Shown one piece after another: positions 26,475 through 36,216 of a stretch of DNA of 64,000 bases. The position numbers and the translations under genes were made by a program. Position 1 is the first letter of the stretch, and each line of letters begins with the position of its first letter. The DNA comes from an uncultured bacterium. GTDB lineage: Bacteria; Fermentibacterota; Fermentibacteria; Fermentibacterales; Fermentibacteraceae. The stretch covers positions 25,952 to 89,951 of the forward strand of contig CAZMTK010000002.1 in the NCBI GenBank assembly GCA_964569245.1. Direction: 5' to 3'. The notes under the pieces were generated by a model. That model saw only the letters and a list, made by a program, of their open reading frames with translations. It ran no database searches and was not told the DNA's origin.

Positions 26475-28277
26475 CTAGAACGGGTGCCCCAGGGCGAAGT
26501 ACACCCTTCCCCTCTTGAGGCCGTCGGTCCATGTGGGGGCGAAGCCGTAGTCGACCCTCAGCGGGCCGAACGGCGTTCCCAGCCTGATCCCCATGCCCGC
26601 CCCGAACCCTGTGCTTCCAGCGGATATCTCCTCCGCCGACTCCCACAGGCCTCCCAGGTCGACGAACAGCGCCACTCCGAGCCTCCGCCAGATCCTCATG
26701 CGAGACTCAATGTTGCCCAACAGCATGATCCTGCCGCCGACCGGATTCCCCTCTTCGTCCTCGGGCCCGAGCTGATTGAACCCGAATCCCCTCACCGTGG
26801 AGCCGCCCCCCAGGTAGAACCTGTCGTTCGGGGGCACAGCGTCGTCGCCTCCATAGGGGAAGGCGCTTCCCGCACGCACCCTCCAAGCGAGTATGACGTC
26901 CCTGACGACCGGCTTGAAGATCCTCACCTCGCCCTCGACCCTGTAGTAGTCGAGCCCGCCCAGGACACCGCCCGAGAGCCTTCCCTCCCCGCGAAGCAGA
27001 TGGCCGACTGCGGGATCGAGCACGGCGTCACGGGTGTCGTGCGCCAGCGAGCCGGTGAGGCTCGAGGTCGTCGTCCAGTCGGATTCCTCGGTCCAGCCCC
27101 CGGGCGTCGAGGAGGTGAATCTGTCCCGCTCCAGCGCGTATCCGAGCGAAAGCCTCAGATGCTCGGTCAGATCGCGGGAAACGGTGATCTCGGCCCCGTA
27201 CCTGCGCTCCGCGAGCGCAGGGAGCTGAAGATACAGGTAGCTGGCCTTTATCCGCCCGCTCCAGCGCGTCGAGGCGATCCACGGCTCCTCGTACGATATC
27301 TCGGGCTCGATCTCGTCCCCGCCCGCCTCGCCAAGATACCTGGTGTAGCTGGCGCCGACGACCAGCCTCTGGTTGTTGTCGAGGATGTTAGGATGCTTCC
27401 AGAAAGCGCTCAGAAGGAGTGCCGAGGGAGAGCCGTAGCCAGCACCGAGGTCGAGCTGGCGGTAGGGCCTCTCGGTGACCTGTATGAGCAGGTCAACGGT
27501 GTCGCGCCCCTCCTCCAGCCCGGAGTAAGAGAACCTCACATCCTGGAAGAGCCCCAGGCCGTAAATGGACGAGATGGACCTGCGGAGAATCTCCGTGTCC
27601 AGAGAATCGCCCCTGTCGAGCCTGATCTCCCTCTCGACCACCTTCCTGCGGACAGTCTCCAGACCCTCGATCCTGATGTTTCCGAGCCTTATCTGAGGAC
27701 CCTCTGACACCATGCACTCTATCCCGCGCAGGCCGGGCACGCTGTCGGGCCCGGGCTGCTCGAACGGCAGCATCCGCAGCTCCACGGAGGCGGTGACGTA
27801 TCCATGTCTCCTGTATGCGCTCTGGATGTTCTGCCTGGTCTCCTCGAGCAGGGCCGGCGTGATCGTCTCGCCGGATTCCACCGCGAACTCCCGGCGGAGG
27901 CGGCTGGACGGAATCACGGTATTCCCCTCGAAAACCAGACCGCCCCTGAGCGACCGGCGTCCGGGCGCTATGGAAATGGAGACCAGGCTGGTGTCGCTGC
28001 TCCAAGCAGGCCATCCCACTTCGACCGATGCGTCGAGGTAGCCCATCTCCTGCAGGTTCGCAAGAACCCTCCCCGACACGTCCAGGCGAGTGACCTCGAA
28101 GAGGGATCTGCCGACCTCGAGGTTCGTGCCTTCCAGGATTTCGTCCCTCGGGATCCACTCAGCCCCCGTGACGCGGATGGAGTCGATGGTCTGCACGGAT
28201 CGGGGGGATGCGTCCGGGCCGGTTCCCAAGGCGCTCGCGGTTCCGAGCACGATCACCAGCGCCAGCCAGATGCGCAT
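26475..28277 (-). CDS. Omp85 family outer-membrane assembly factor (TamA/BamA-like)
   Basis: Signal peptide MRIWLALVIV (start 28277); POTRA repeats; RFYLGGGSTVRGF, FVDLG, GPLRVDYG, final Phe. Confidence 0.92.
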   Translation of the reverse strand: MRIWLALVIVLGTASALGTGPDASPRSVQTIDSIRVTGAEWIPRDEILEGTNLEVGRSLFEVTRLDVSGRVLANLQEMGYLDASVEVGWPAWSSDTSLVSISIAPGRRSLRGGLVFEGNTVIPSSRLRREFAVESGETITPALLEETRQNIQSAYRRHGYVTASVELRMLPFEQPGPDSVPGLRGIECMVSEGPQIRLGNIRIEGLETVRRKVVEREIRLDRGDSLDTEILRRSISSIYGLGLFQDVRFSYSGLEEGRDTVDLLIQVTERPYRQLDLGAGYGSPSALLLSAFWKHPNILDNNQRLVVGASYTRYLGEAGGDEIEPEISYEEPWIASTRWSGRIKASYLYLQLPALAERRYGAEITVSRDLTEHLRLSLGYALERDRFTSSTPGGWTEESDWTTTSSLTGSLAHDTRDAVLDPAVGHLLRGEGRLSGGVLGGLDYYRVEGEVRIFKPVVRDVILAWRVRAGSAFPYGGDDAVPPNDRFYLGGGSTVRGFGFNQLGPEDEEGNPVGGRIMLLGNIESRMRIWRRLGVALFVDLGGLWESAEEISAGSTGFGAGMGIRLGTPFGPLRVDYGFAPTWTDGLKRGRVYFALGHPF

Positions 28278-28391
28278 ATTACCATCCCGGGTAGGGCACG
28301 GCCACCGGCGGGACGCCACTGTCCCGCACGAAAGATTGCAGGAATATGACCCGGTGCGGGGGCTCGGGACAGAGCCCGGGAAGGCGAAGAG

Positions 28392-29729
28392 ATGCCGCAG
28401 GAAGCGAACCGGGCAATCGAGGCCAGGTACTCGGTCGTACTCCTTGCAGGGGGTACGGATCCGAGCGGAGGGGCCGGCCTGGCAGCCGACCTGAAGGCCG
28501 TCGCCGCCGCCGGATGCCACGGCTGCCTGGCTGTTACGGCGGTCAGCGTTCAGAGCGCGGGACGTGTTCATTCCTGGATTCCTGTCGAGCCGTCCTGCAT
28601 CGCCTCGCAGATCGAGGCCTGTCTGGAGGACGGCGCGCCGGGGGCTGTCAAGTCCGGCATGATCGGGACGACCGGAGCACTGGACGCCCTGGCAACGGCC
28701 CTGGCAGAAGGACTGGCTGGCGTCCCCTACGTACTCGATCCGGTGCTCACCGCCGGCAGCGGAGACCCTCTGTGCGGCGAGGGCCTGACAGTAGGGATGA
28801 TCGAGAGGCTTCTCCCATTCTGCACCCTGTGCACCCCGAATCTCGACGAGGCCTCGGCTCTGTCCGGGATCGAAGTGAAGGACAGGGGCTCGATGGAGGA
28901 GGCCGGAAGGCGGATCCTTGCCATGGGCCCCTCGGCGGTGCTCGTAAAGGGCGGCCACCTGGAGGGTCCTCCAGCGGACCTCCTGGTGAAGCGCGGGAGC
29001 ATGGAATGGATGGAGGGCAGGCGAATAGTCCAGGGCAAGGTGCATGGCGCCGGGTGTACGCTGGCATCCGCGACGGCGGCCCGCCTGGCGCTCGGGTACG
29101 AGACGTCGGAGGCGGTGCGTGCAGCCAGAACCTATCTGGCGCAGGCCCTGGGGTCCTCCTTCTCCAGGCGCACAGGCCGGCTGCTGGGGCACCTCCCGCC
29201 CGCAGGGCCGGCTCACCCGATCTCCGACACCGAGGCCTTCTACCTTCCACCGAGGTTCTGCATCAGGTGCGGCTCCGCGCTGCGCGCCAGCCCGGAACAG
29301 TCAGGCCATCCTTCATGCCCGGCCTGCGGCCTGGTCAGCTACAGGAATCCGATTCCCGCAGTCACTCTGGTGGTCCGCAGAGGCTGCGAGGTCCTGCTGG
29401 CGCGTCGTGCGAAGGCCCCCTGCAAAGGGGAGCTTTCCCTCCCGGGAGGCTTCCTCGAAACCGGCGAAACCGTTGCAGAGTGCGCGGCGAGGGAGCTCAG
29501 GGAGGAGACGGGGCTCGAGGCCGTCTCGTTCTCCGTGATCGGCGTAGAGACTGACTCGACTGCCTACGGCGCCGTGGTGCTCACGGTCGTGGAGGCGGTG
29601 GGATGGACGGGAGAGGCCGTGGCGGGCGACGATGCTTCGGAGCTGTCCTGGCACCGGCTCGACGACGTTCCTCCGCTGGCGTTCAGCGCGCACGAGAGGA
29701 TACTGTCCTCGCTTGCCAGAGGCGATTAG
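28392..29729 (+). CDS. thiD: HMP/HMP-P kinase (ThiD-like) fused to zinc ribbon + Nudix hydrolase
   Basis: GTDPSGGAGLAAD, VKSGMIG, VLDPV, TPNLDEA, VKGGH, HGAGC; then FCIRCG..CPACG..YRNP and Nudix box GGFLETGETVAECAARELREETGL. Confidence 0.88.
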   Translation: MPQEANRAIEARYSVVLLAGGTDPSGGAGLAADLKAVAAAGCHGCLAVTAVSVQSAGRVHSWIPVEPSCIASQIEACLEDGAPGAVKSGMIGTTGALDALATALAEGLAGVPYVLDPVLTAGSGDPLCGEGLTVGMIERLLPFCTLCTPNLDEASALSGIEVKDRGSMEEAGRRILAMGPSAVLVKGGHLEGPPADLLVKRGSMEWMEGRRIVQGKVHGAGCTLASATAARLALGYETSEAVRAARTYLAQALGSSFSRRTGRLLGHLPPAGPAHPISDTEAFYLPPRFCIRCGSALRASPEQSGHPSCPACGLVSYRNPIPAVTLVVRRGCEVLLARRAKAPCKGELSLPGGFLETGETVAECAARELREETGLEAVSFSVIGVETDSTAYGAVVLTVVEAVGWTGEAVAGDDASELSWHRLDDVPPLAFSAHERILSSLARGD

Positions 29730-30603
29730 GTCTGTCCTGAAGGCGATCCTCGCGATCGCAGCAGCCATGACCTCGCGCCAGGCTTCCCTGGACGCAGGCC
29801 CCTTCGTCGCCGTGGTAGAACTGGCCGATGCGCTTCTATGCACCACTCCGGGGGGAGGGTCGGTCGTTCTGACAGCGCCTTCCGGGACGGACACGGTATT
29901 CAGAACATGGGAAGAAGGCTTCGAGAGCCTGTCCCCCCTCGCGTCCCGCGGGAGGACCGCCGCGTTCACCGCCCATGGCGGGAGAGGCGACATGGTGGTA
30001 GTTCTCCGCAGCGGCGGCCTTGCGATGGAGAGATACGGCCCCTGGGCATCCGCGGGAAGCCCCTCCGTCGACAGCTCCGGGCGCGTCTGGTTCTGCGCGG
30101 ATGGGTGGCTGCGGGCTGACGGAGGGACCGTCGCGCGGGTGACGGGCACGCCTGCCGCCGTCGTCTCGCCCTCAGGGAAGCAGGTCCTGATGATCGAATG
30201 CGGACATGATGCATGTCTGATCGACGCAGCGAGCCTCGAAGTCCGGCCCGCCGGTCTCCCGGAGGGGGCGGTCGATGCGCAGTGGGCTGGCGAGGAGGCC
30301 GTGCTGTCGTGGACTCCGGACGGCACGATCTGGCTCACTGAGAACGGGTCCAGCCGGATCCTGACACGAGGAGAGGCTCCCTCCTGGAGCGACGGGGCTT
30401 TCGGAGCGTACTTCGTTCGCACCGAGGACGACGGTCACGAAGTGACCTCGTCCTCAATCTGGTTCACGCCCCTCGAGGGACCGGAGTACCGGCTCCCCGC
30501 GCCCGAGGGAGCCATCCCTGTGAACCCTTCCGCCACTCGGACGGGTGTGGCGGCCGTGGATGCCGCCACGGGCAGGATTGTAAGGCTGACTCTATACAGA
30601 TGA
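29632..30603 (+). CDS. exported hypothetical protein, TolB-like beta-propeller; true start probably near 29730-29770
   Basis: VVSPSGKQV, AQWAG, APSWSDG blade-like motifs; hydrophobic VLKAILAIAAAM. Confidence 0.55.
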   Translation: MLRSCPGTGSTTFLRWRSARTRGYCPRLPEAIRSVLKAILAIAAAMTSRQASLDAGPFVAVVELADALLCTTPGGGSVVLTAPSGTDTVFRTWEEGFESLSPLASRGRTAAFTAHGGRGDMVVVLRSGGLAMERYGPWASAGSPSVDSSGRVWFCADGWLRADGGTVARVTGTPAAVVSPSGKQVLMIECGHDACLIDAASLEVRPAGLPEGAVDAQWAGEEAVLSWTPDGTIWLTENGSSRILTRGEAPSWSDGAFGAYFVRTEDDGHEVTSSSIWFTPLEGPEYRLPAPEGAIPVNPSATRTGVAAVDAATGRIVRLTLYR

Positions 30604-33060
30604 CGTCCGCCCGGCAGAAGCGGGAATGCTGACGACGAAGGCGGCGCCCCCGGAACCGTGCCTCAGCAGCTCCAGCGCGCCTCCGAACCTCCGGACTATC
30701 GAGCGGGAGACCGCGAGGCCCAGACCCGTGCCGTCGGGCTTCGTAGTGAAGTAGGGATCGAACAGCCTCTCCGCCAGCTCCTCAGGGACTCCCGGGCCGG
30801 TGTCTTCGAATGTGATCTTCACGAAGGGCCGGCCCTGCTCATATTCCATCCAGGCCCTCACGAGAAGAGATCCCCTCCCGTCCATGGCGTCTCTGGCATT
30901 CACGACCAGGTTGCTCACGACCTGGATCATCTGCCCCTCGTCGGCCTCGACGGGCTGGAGGTCTCTGTCTGTCTCTAGGCGCCACTCGACCGAAGACCTA
31001 TCCAGCACGATCCTCAGCGTCTCCCTGAGCACGCGGCCCATGTCCAGCCTGGCGACAGATCCTGTCTCGCCAGCCTTCGCCAGTGTGAGGAGCCTCCGAG
31101 TGATCATGGTCGCCTTCTCGACGGCGAGACCGGCGTTCCTCAACGCCGTGGCGGCTGCGGCGTCCAGGGGTTCGGCTGCGGCCAGCTCGAGGCTCCCGCC
31201 GATGGCCGTCAGTATGTTGTTGAAATCGTGGGCTATGCCTCCAGCCATCAGGCTTATGGACTCCTCCTTCTGCGCTCGCAGCATGTCGGCCTCCATCTGC
31301 TTTCTGGCGGTGACGTCGCGAACCGTGCAGATCACGGAATCGGCCTCCAGCGGAGCCATCCTGCACTCGAACCATCCACGGGAGGGGCCCCCGATTATGC
31401 GGTACTCGAAGGCCTCGACGCTGCCGGTGTCCAGAGAGCGCGCGATGCAGGCCATCGCGGCAGCCAGATCGTCATCGGGCATTCCTATGCTGCCGATCCA
31501 TGTGCCCACTACTTGCTCGGGGGGCACTGCCAGCCTGCCGCCGACGCCCCCGTGGAAACCTCTCACGAAGCCGTCGCGCCCTATGATGAAGATCGTATCA
31601 GGCACAGCCTCGTACAGGGCCATGCTGCGCTTCTCCGCCCTGGCCAGCTCCTGCCGGGCCCTCACCCTTTCGGTCATGTCGAAGCAGATTCCACCTGTGA
31701 GCATCTCTCGGGAATCCCTGCCACCGAGAGGGAATCTGAAGCAGGAGAGGGTCCTGTTCCCCCCGTCCGGTCCGCGGTAGGCGATCTCGCGCGATACCGG
31801 CATGGAACTGCTCTTCACCGCGTCGCCGTCCTCCTCGAGTGCCGCGGCCACCTCGGGAGGCCACACGTCCTCGTACCCGAGACCAGCCCAGTCCTCCCTG
31901 CCGGCCAGCATCTCTCTCCGGAGGCGCTCGTTGGCATACACGAGACGGCCCGAGCAGTCGGTGATGAAAGCATATCCCGGGATGTGCCTCATGAAGCGGT
32001 CGAATGTCAGCCTGCTCGTCCGGGCCTCCTCTGCGGTCCTCTTCAGCCTGTCGAAGGCCTCGTCCATCGTTCTCGACAGGTCAGCAAACTCGTCTTCGCC
32101 CTCGAGACCCACGCGACCCGCAGTGTCGCCGGACTGGCCGATGCTCCGAATCCGTTCCAGAAGCGCGCCCAGTCTCCTCACAACCGTCAGATCGAACAGC
32201 ACGACCGTGACCAGGGCGAATAGAACGCCCGTCGATGCCAGAATCAGCAGCGCCGTTTCGGCGTTCCTGCGTCCTGTTGCGAACAGCTCTCTCGCCATGG
32301 CGAATCCAAGGGTCAGGGGGCTGCCCGCAAGGTCAGCCAGCTCGAGCCGGGCCTCCAGCGTGTCCGGGGAATCCCTCGAGAGCAGGAGCGCCCCGTGTCG
32401 GCACGAAGCCTCCTCCCATTCGCCGGGGAGAGGCGGCGCCAACTCCAGCGAGATCTCCATGCCGGACCCCATGCTCAGATCTCCGAGGAAGTCCTCGTCT
32501 ATCAGCCTGGCGAAGAGCAGTGTGCCGACCCGCGGTCCTACCCCGCCGCTCCTCAGGATGGGACAGCTCGCTACCAGCCAGGCTGAGCTGCCGGCCGCCA
32601 GCAGGCCCGATTCGGCCCCGTCGCCCGACAGCAGCAGGGGAACGAGGTCTGACTCTATCCTTTCCCCGAGGCTCGCCGGGAAGGCGTGCTGCATTCCGCT
32701 CGACGGGTCGTAGGCCGAGGAGAACACCTCGACGCCAGCGGTGTCGAGGAACAGGACCCCGTCCACCCCAAGTTCCGAGAACATCTCACCGCTGATGTTC
32801 GCATGGAGGAAGGCCGGATTGCGCGTGCCGATGAACTCCCAAGTCTCGTCCCGCACCGCATAGTCGAAGACGGAGGACGAGAGCGCAGTGAGCCTCCCGG
32901 AGACGAGGCTCGAGAGCCATTCGGCCTGGCGGCGGGCAAGGGCGGTTTCGAGTTCCAGGAAGGATTGCAGGAATACCCGCCTGAGCAGCAGGCCGGAAGC
33001 CAGGGCGAGGATGATCAGCGCAGCCGCCAGCAGCAGGGCAAGCCGCGCCCTCAAAGCCAT
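30592..33060 (-). CDS. CHASE4-HAMP-PAS-PAS sensor histidine kinase (orphan)
   Basis: DYAVRDETWEF (CHASE4-like), two TM, HAMP DEFADL, two PAS, AGGIAHDFNN, NLVVNARDAM, DTGPG, FDPYFTTK, GTGLGL; start MALRAR at 33060. Confidence 0.9.
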   Translation of the reverse strand: MALRARLALLLAAALIILALASGLLLRRVFLQSFLELETALARRQAEWLSSLVSGRLTALSSSVFDYAVRDETWEFIGTRNPAFLHANISGEMFSELGVDGVLFLDTAGVEVFSSAYDPSSGMQHAFPASLGERIESDLVPLLLSGDGAESGLLAAGSSAWLVASCPILRSGGVGPRVGTLLFARLIDEDFLGDLSMGSGMEISLELAPPLPGEWEEASCRHGALLLSRDSPDTLEARLELADLAGSPLTLGFAMARELFATGRRNAETALLILASTGVLFALVTVVLFDLTVVRRLGALLERIRSIGQSGDTAGRVGLEGEDEFADLSRTMDEAFDRLKRTAEEARTSRLTFDRFMRHIPGYAFITDCSGRLVYANERLRREMLAGREDWAGLGYEDVWPPEVAAALEEDGDAVKSSSMPVSREIAYRGPDGGNRTLSCFRFPLGGRDSREMLTGGICFDMTERVRARQELARAEKRSMALYEAVPDTIFIIGRDGFVRGFHGGVGGRLAVPPEQVVGTWIGSIGMPDDDLAAAMACIARSLDTGSVEAFEYRIIGGPSRGWFECRMAPLEADSVICTVRDVTARKQMEADMLRAQKEESISLMAGGIAHDFNNILTAIGGSLELAAAEPLDAAAATALRNAGLAVEKATMITRRLLTLAKAGETGSVARLDMGRVLRETLRIVLDRSSVEWRLETDRDLQPVEADEGQMIQVVSNLVVNARDAMDGRGSLLVRAWMEYEQGRPFVKITFEDTGPGVPEELAERLFDPYFTTKPDGTGLGLAVSRSIVRRFGGALELLRHGSGGAAFVVSIPASAGRTSSV

Positions 33061-33121
33061 ATCCAGACCCTCCCCCCGGATATACCTCTCGAAGGCCCGC
33101 TGCAACATACTCAACACCAGC

Positions 33122-34678
33122 ATGGAAGGATACAGGCCGGCCGGGACGGATGGAAGGCTCCCGCACGCGGACCGCAGGGATGCCGCTGCCCTGGCTCTGC
33201 TCTGCCTGCTCGCGGCTGCTCTTCTCGCCGGCACGCCGGGCTACCCTCTCGACGTTGACGAGCCCTGGATAGCCGAATGGGCCTGGTTCCAGGCTCGCGA
33301 GGGAACCGTCAGATCCGAGCTGTTCCGCGGCTACGAGAACTGTGAGGAAGAGGTAGTCGTGTACCACAGGCTGATCGCCTGGGCCGGGACGGCAGTGATC
33401 CGCGTCGCGGGGTTCGGGCTGGGGCGCCTGCGCGCGATCAGCTTGTTCTGCTCGCTTGCACTAGCCGTCCTCATGTGCCTGCCGTCGAGGGGAGGCAGGC
33501 CCTCTGCAGGTCCCGCCGCGGTGCTCTTTCTCATGCCGGCATTCTTCAGATTCGCCCGCATCTACCGGCCCGAGGCCATGCTGGCGCTGCTTGGGTGGGC
33601 CTGCTGGATGGCCGTGGACATGTCCGTGCGGAGGAGGTCCATCGCTGCCGCGGCGGCAGGAGGAGCCCTTTCCGGGCTGTGCGTTCTCTCGCACCTGGAC
33701 GGGGCGGCCTTTGCTGCGGCCGGGGCCGTCACGCTGGCATGGCGACGGAAGTGGCTCCATGCAGGAGCATTCGCGGCATGCTCGCTTCTCGTTCTGACCC
33801 CGGCGATCGTGCATGCCGCATCCAGGGCTGGGCTTTTCGCGGCGCAGTTCACCGGAGAGCTGGCGGCGTCCAAGACCACGTTCCGGCCTGCGACTCCGCT
33901 GCTCAACCTCCTCTCCGAGCACGAAAGGCTCTTCAGGGAGCCCGGGATGATCCTGATCACGCTTTCAACTGCGTCTGCAGCGGTTATCGGAGGCTGGAGG
34001 CGGCGGAGGGAGGAATGCCCCTGGTTCTATGAGTTCGCAGGAACTGCCGCGGTCGCCCTGGCCGCTCTTTCTGCCGCCAAGGGAGTCAAGTACGGCATCC
34101 CCATCATGCCGTTCGCCGCATCCGAGATCTGGCTTGCAGCGAGGGGGCTGAACCGGGAGACGTCAGGCTGGCGCCGCTGGGCAGTGGCGACGCCGGCAGC
34201 CATGCTCGCGGCATTTGGTCTGCTTAGTGCCGCAAGAGAGACTCTTCTGCCGAGGGAGCGCCTGCAGCCCGACAACGCAGCAGCGGGCGACATGATCCCC
34301 GCTGGGGCGTCCTGTGCAGCGCCGTTCGGCTTCGTGTTCGACGAGATCGAGGAGCGGACCATCCACGCGCTCTACCTGGCCCGCCTGGAGAGCGGCGGCA
34401 CTCTGGACTCTGATGGGTTGGCGCGCTTCGTCAGGGCTCGGAGTACGGAATACGCAGTGATCGACGGGTACTGGAGAAGACAGATCGGAGGCTCTCTGGA
34501 CCCCCTCCTCTGGGACCTGGTCGGCTCCACTCCCGGCGGCCAGGAGGTCTACCGCCTCCGTCAACAGGGGTCAGAGTCAACTTCGTTGACTTCATGCCAT
34601 CCTGATCGTCTACAAGGCTTTACCACTACACGTATCCGGCTGGTCTGGTTCCGCGCAGTCAGAAAGGGTCAGAGCTGA
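33122..34678 (+). CDS. ArnT/PMT-like (GT-C) membrane glycosyltransferase
   Basis: YPLDVDEP after TM1, RIYRPEAM, HLDG, multi-TM; C-terminal ~40 aa run through a repeat cluster. Confidence 0.7.
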   Translation: MEGYRPAGTDGRLPHADRRDAAALALLCLLAAALLAGTPGYPLDVDEPWIAEWAWFQAREGTVRSELFRGYENCEEEVVVYHRLIAWAGTAVIRVAGFGLGRLRAISLFCSLALAVLMCLPSRGGRPSAGPAAVLFLMPAFFRFARIYRPEAMLALLGWACWMAVDMSVRRRSIAAAAAGGALSGLCVLSHLDGAAFAAAGAVTLAWRRKWLHAGAFAACSLLVLTPAIVHAASRAGLFAAQFTGELAASKTTFRPATPLLNLLSEHERLFREPGMILITLSTASAAVIGGWRRRREECPWFYEFAGTAAVALAALSAAKGVKYGIPIMPFAASEIWLAARGLNRETSGWRRWAVATPAAMLAAFGLLSAARETLLPRERLQPDNAAAGDMIPAGASCAAPFGFVFDEIEERTIHALYLARLESGGTLDSDGLARFVRARSTEYAVIDGYWRRQIGGSLDPLLWDLVGSTPGGQEVYRLRQQGSESTSLTSCHPDRLQGFTTTRIRLVWFRAVRKGQS

Positions 34679-34739
34679 CTTCGTCGACTTCGAGCCCGGC
34701 CCGAGAGATAGACCAAGTCAACGAAGTTGACTCTGACCC
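34568..34739. repeat. REP-like cluster: three 25-bp hairpin units (two direct, one inverted)
   Basis: GGGTCAGAGTCAACTTCGTTGACTT at 34568-34592; 21/25 copy at 34666-34690; exact reverse complement at 34715-34739; internal stem AGTCAAC-TTC-GTTGACT. Confidence 0.8.
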
Positions 34740-35713
34740 TAGACGAGCAGGGCAGCCAGCTTCAGGAGGACGGGGTCGAGATCCTTGGGGCGCTCCCAGG
34801 TTTCGGACAGGGGGTGATGCACGATCCGGCCGCCGGTCTCGCCGACCATGCACGGCGCTCGGCCGTCCAGCAGGGCCTGCACCGCAGCCCACCCGAGCTT
34901 GGTGGCCAGGATCCGATCGGAACTGGTGGGTGAGCCGCCCCTCTGAACATGCCCGAGCACCGTCACGTGGCAGTCCAACCCTTCGCGCGACTTCAGATCC
35001 GCGGCTATCTTCAGCGCATTCCCAGCGTCGTCGCCCTCCGCCACGACCATTATGCTCGAGAGCCTTCCCTCGGCCTTGCGCTTCCTGATGGTCTCTGCGA
35101 TGCCGTGGATGTCCGTTTTCGTCTCCGGCAGCATGATGGCCTCTGCTCCAGAGCCGATTCCGGCCTCGAGGGCGATGAAGCCGGCATGCCTGCCCATGAC
35201 TTCGACGATGAAGAGCCGCTCGTGAGCCGCAGCGGTGTCTCGTATGCGATCCAGCGCCGCGAGGGCTGTGTTGACCGCGGTGTCGTACCCGATCGTGAAA
35301 TCGGTTCCCCAGACATCGTTATCGATCGTGCCGGGCACTCCCACGACGGCCACTCCATGCTCTCGAGCCAGTGCATCAGCCCCGTGGAAAGTGCCCTCGC
35401 CTCCGATGGCGACGAGACCGCCGACGCCTCTCCCGGCCAGACTCGCAGCCGCGGCGGCACGCCCTTCGGGTGTGAGGAACCTGTCGCTGCGCGCGGCATG
35501 GAGAATCGTTCCGCCACGCTGGAGGATGTTGCTCACGTCGCTCTTGCCGAGCGGCACGAACCTGTCGTCAATCAGGCCTTCGAAGCCGTGCAATGCACCG
35601 AGAACAGAAAGGCCGTGGGAGAGTGCCGACCTCGCCACGGCCCTGATGCAGGCATTCATCCCCGGGGCGTCGCCCCCGCTCGTGAGGACGGCGATGGTCC
35701 CCGGGGATCTCAT
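34739..35713 (-). CDS. pfkA: ATP-dependent 6-phosphofructokinase
   Basis: TSGGDAPGMNA, GGTIL, PGTIDND, VEVMGRHAG, LGHVQRGG. Confidence 0.97.
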   Translation of the reverse strand: MRSPGTIAVLTSGGDAPGMNACIRAVARSALSHGLSVLGALHGFEGLIDDRFVPLGKSDVSNILQRGGTILHAARSDRFLTPEGRAAAAASLAGRGVGGLVAIGGEGTFHGADALAREHGVAVVGVPGTIDNDVWGTDFTIGYDTAVNTALAALDRIRDTAAAHERLFIVEVMGRHAGFIALEAGIGSGAEAIMLPETKTDIHGIAETIRKRKAEGRLSSIMVVAEGDDAGNALKIAADLKSREGLDCHVTVLGHVQRGGSPTSSDRILATKLGWAAVQALLDGRAPCMVGETGGRIVHHPLSETWERPKDLDPVLLKLAALLV

Positions 35714-35717
35714 ATGG

Positions 35718-36194
35718 CTAGAACTTCCCGGCCTTCCGGCCCCTCCCCGCGGAGCTCTGCCTCTTCTCGCGCTCCTCGCGCTCGGCCTTCCTGTCCTTCT
35801 TGGCCTTCTTCTCCTTCTCCTCGGGCTTGAAGGCTACAGGGGAATCCACCAGCTCGAGCATGCACGCCTCGGCGGCGTCGCCCACTCGAGGACCCAGCTT
35901 CAGAATCCTCGTATAGCCGCCCGGACGTGCGGCGTAGCGGGGGCCCAGATCGTTGAACACCTTCCTGACAGCCTCGGCACCATATACCGACGCTGCGACG
36001 ATTCTCCGGGCGTGCAGGGTGTCCGTCTTGCCGCGGGTGATGATCTTCTCGACCATGCTCCGGGCGGCCCTGGCCTTCGCCGGGCTCGTCGTGACGCGCT
36101 CCTTGAGGATGACGGAGGTCACGAGATTCCTGAGCATCCTCACCCTGTCGTCATGTCTGAGTCCCAGCTTGGGTGTGGTCTTCCTGTGGCGCAT
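35718..36194 (-). CDS. rplQ: 50S ribosomal protein L17
   Basis: MRHRK...RMLRNL, RPGGYTRILK. Confidence 0.97.
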   Translation of the reverse strand: MRHRKTTPKLGLRHDDRVRMLRNLVTSVILKERVTTSPAKARAARSMVEKIITRGKTDTLHARRIVAASVYGAEAVRKVFNDLGPRYAARPGGYTRILKLGPRVGDAAEACMLELVDSPVAFKPEEKEKKAKKDRKAEREEREKRQSSAGRGRKAGKF

Positions 36195-36216
36195 TGGGGG
36201 CTCTCCTTGCTGTTCC

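Noticed and set aside
26475-29216. 913-aa Omp85 ORF, and similar long N-terminal extensions on guaB, adk, map, rlmD-like and mpg ORFs
   Set aside because: Extensions overlap real neighbouring genes and are open only because of high GC; starts were trimmed
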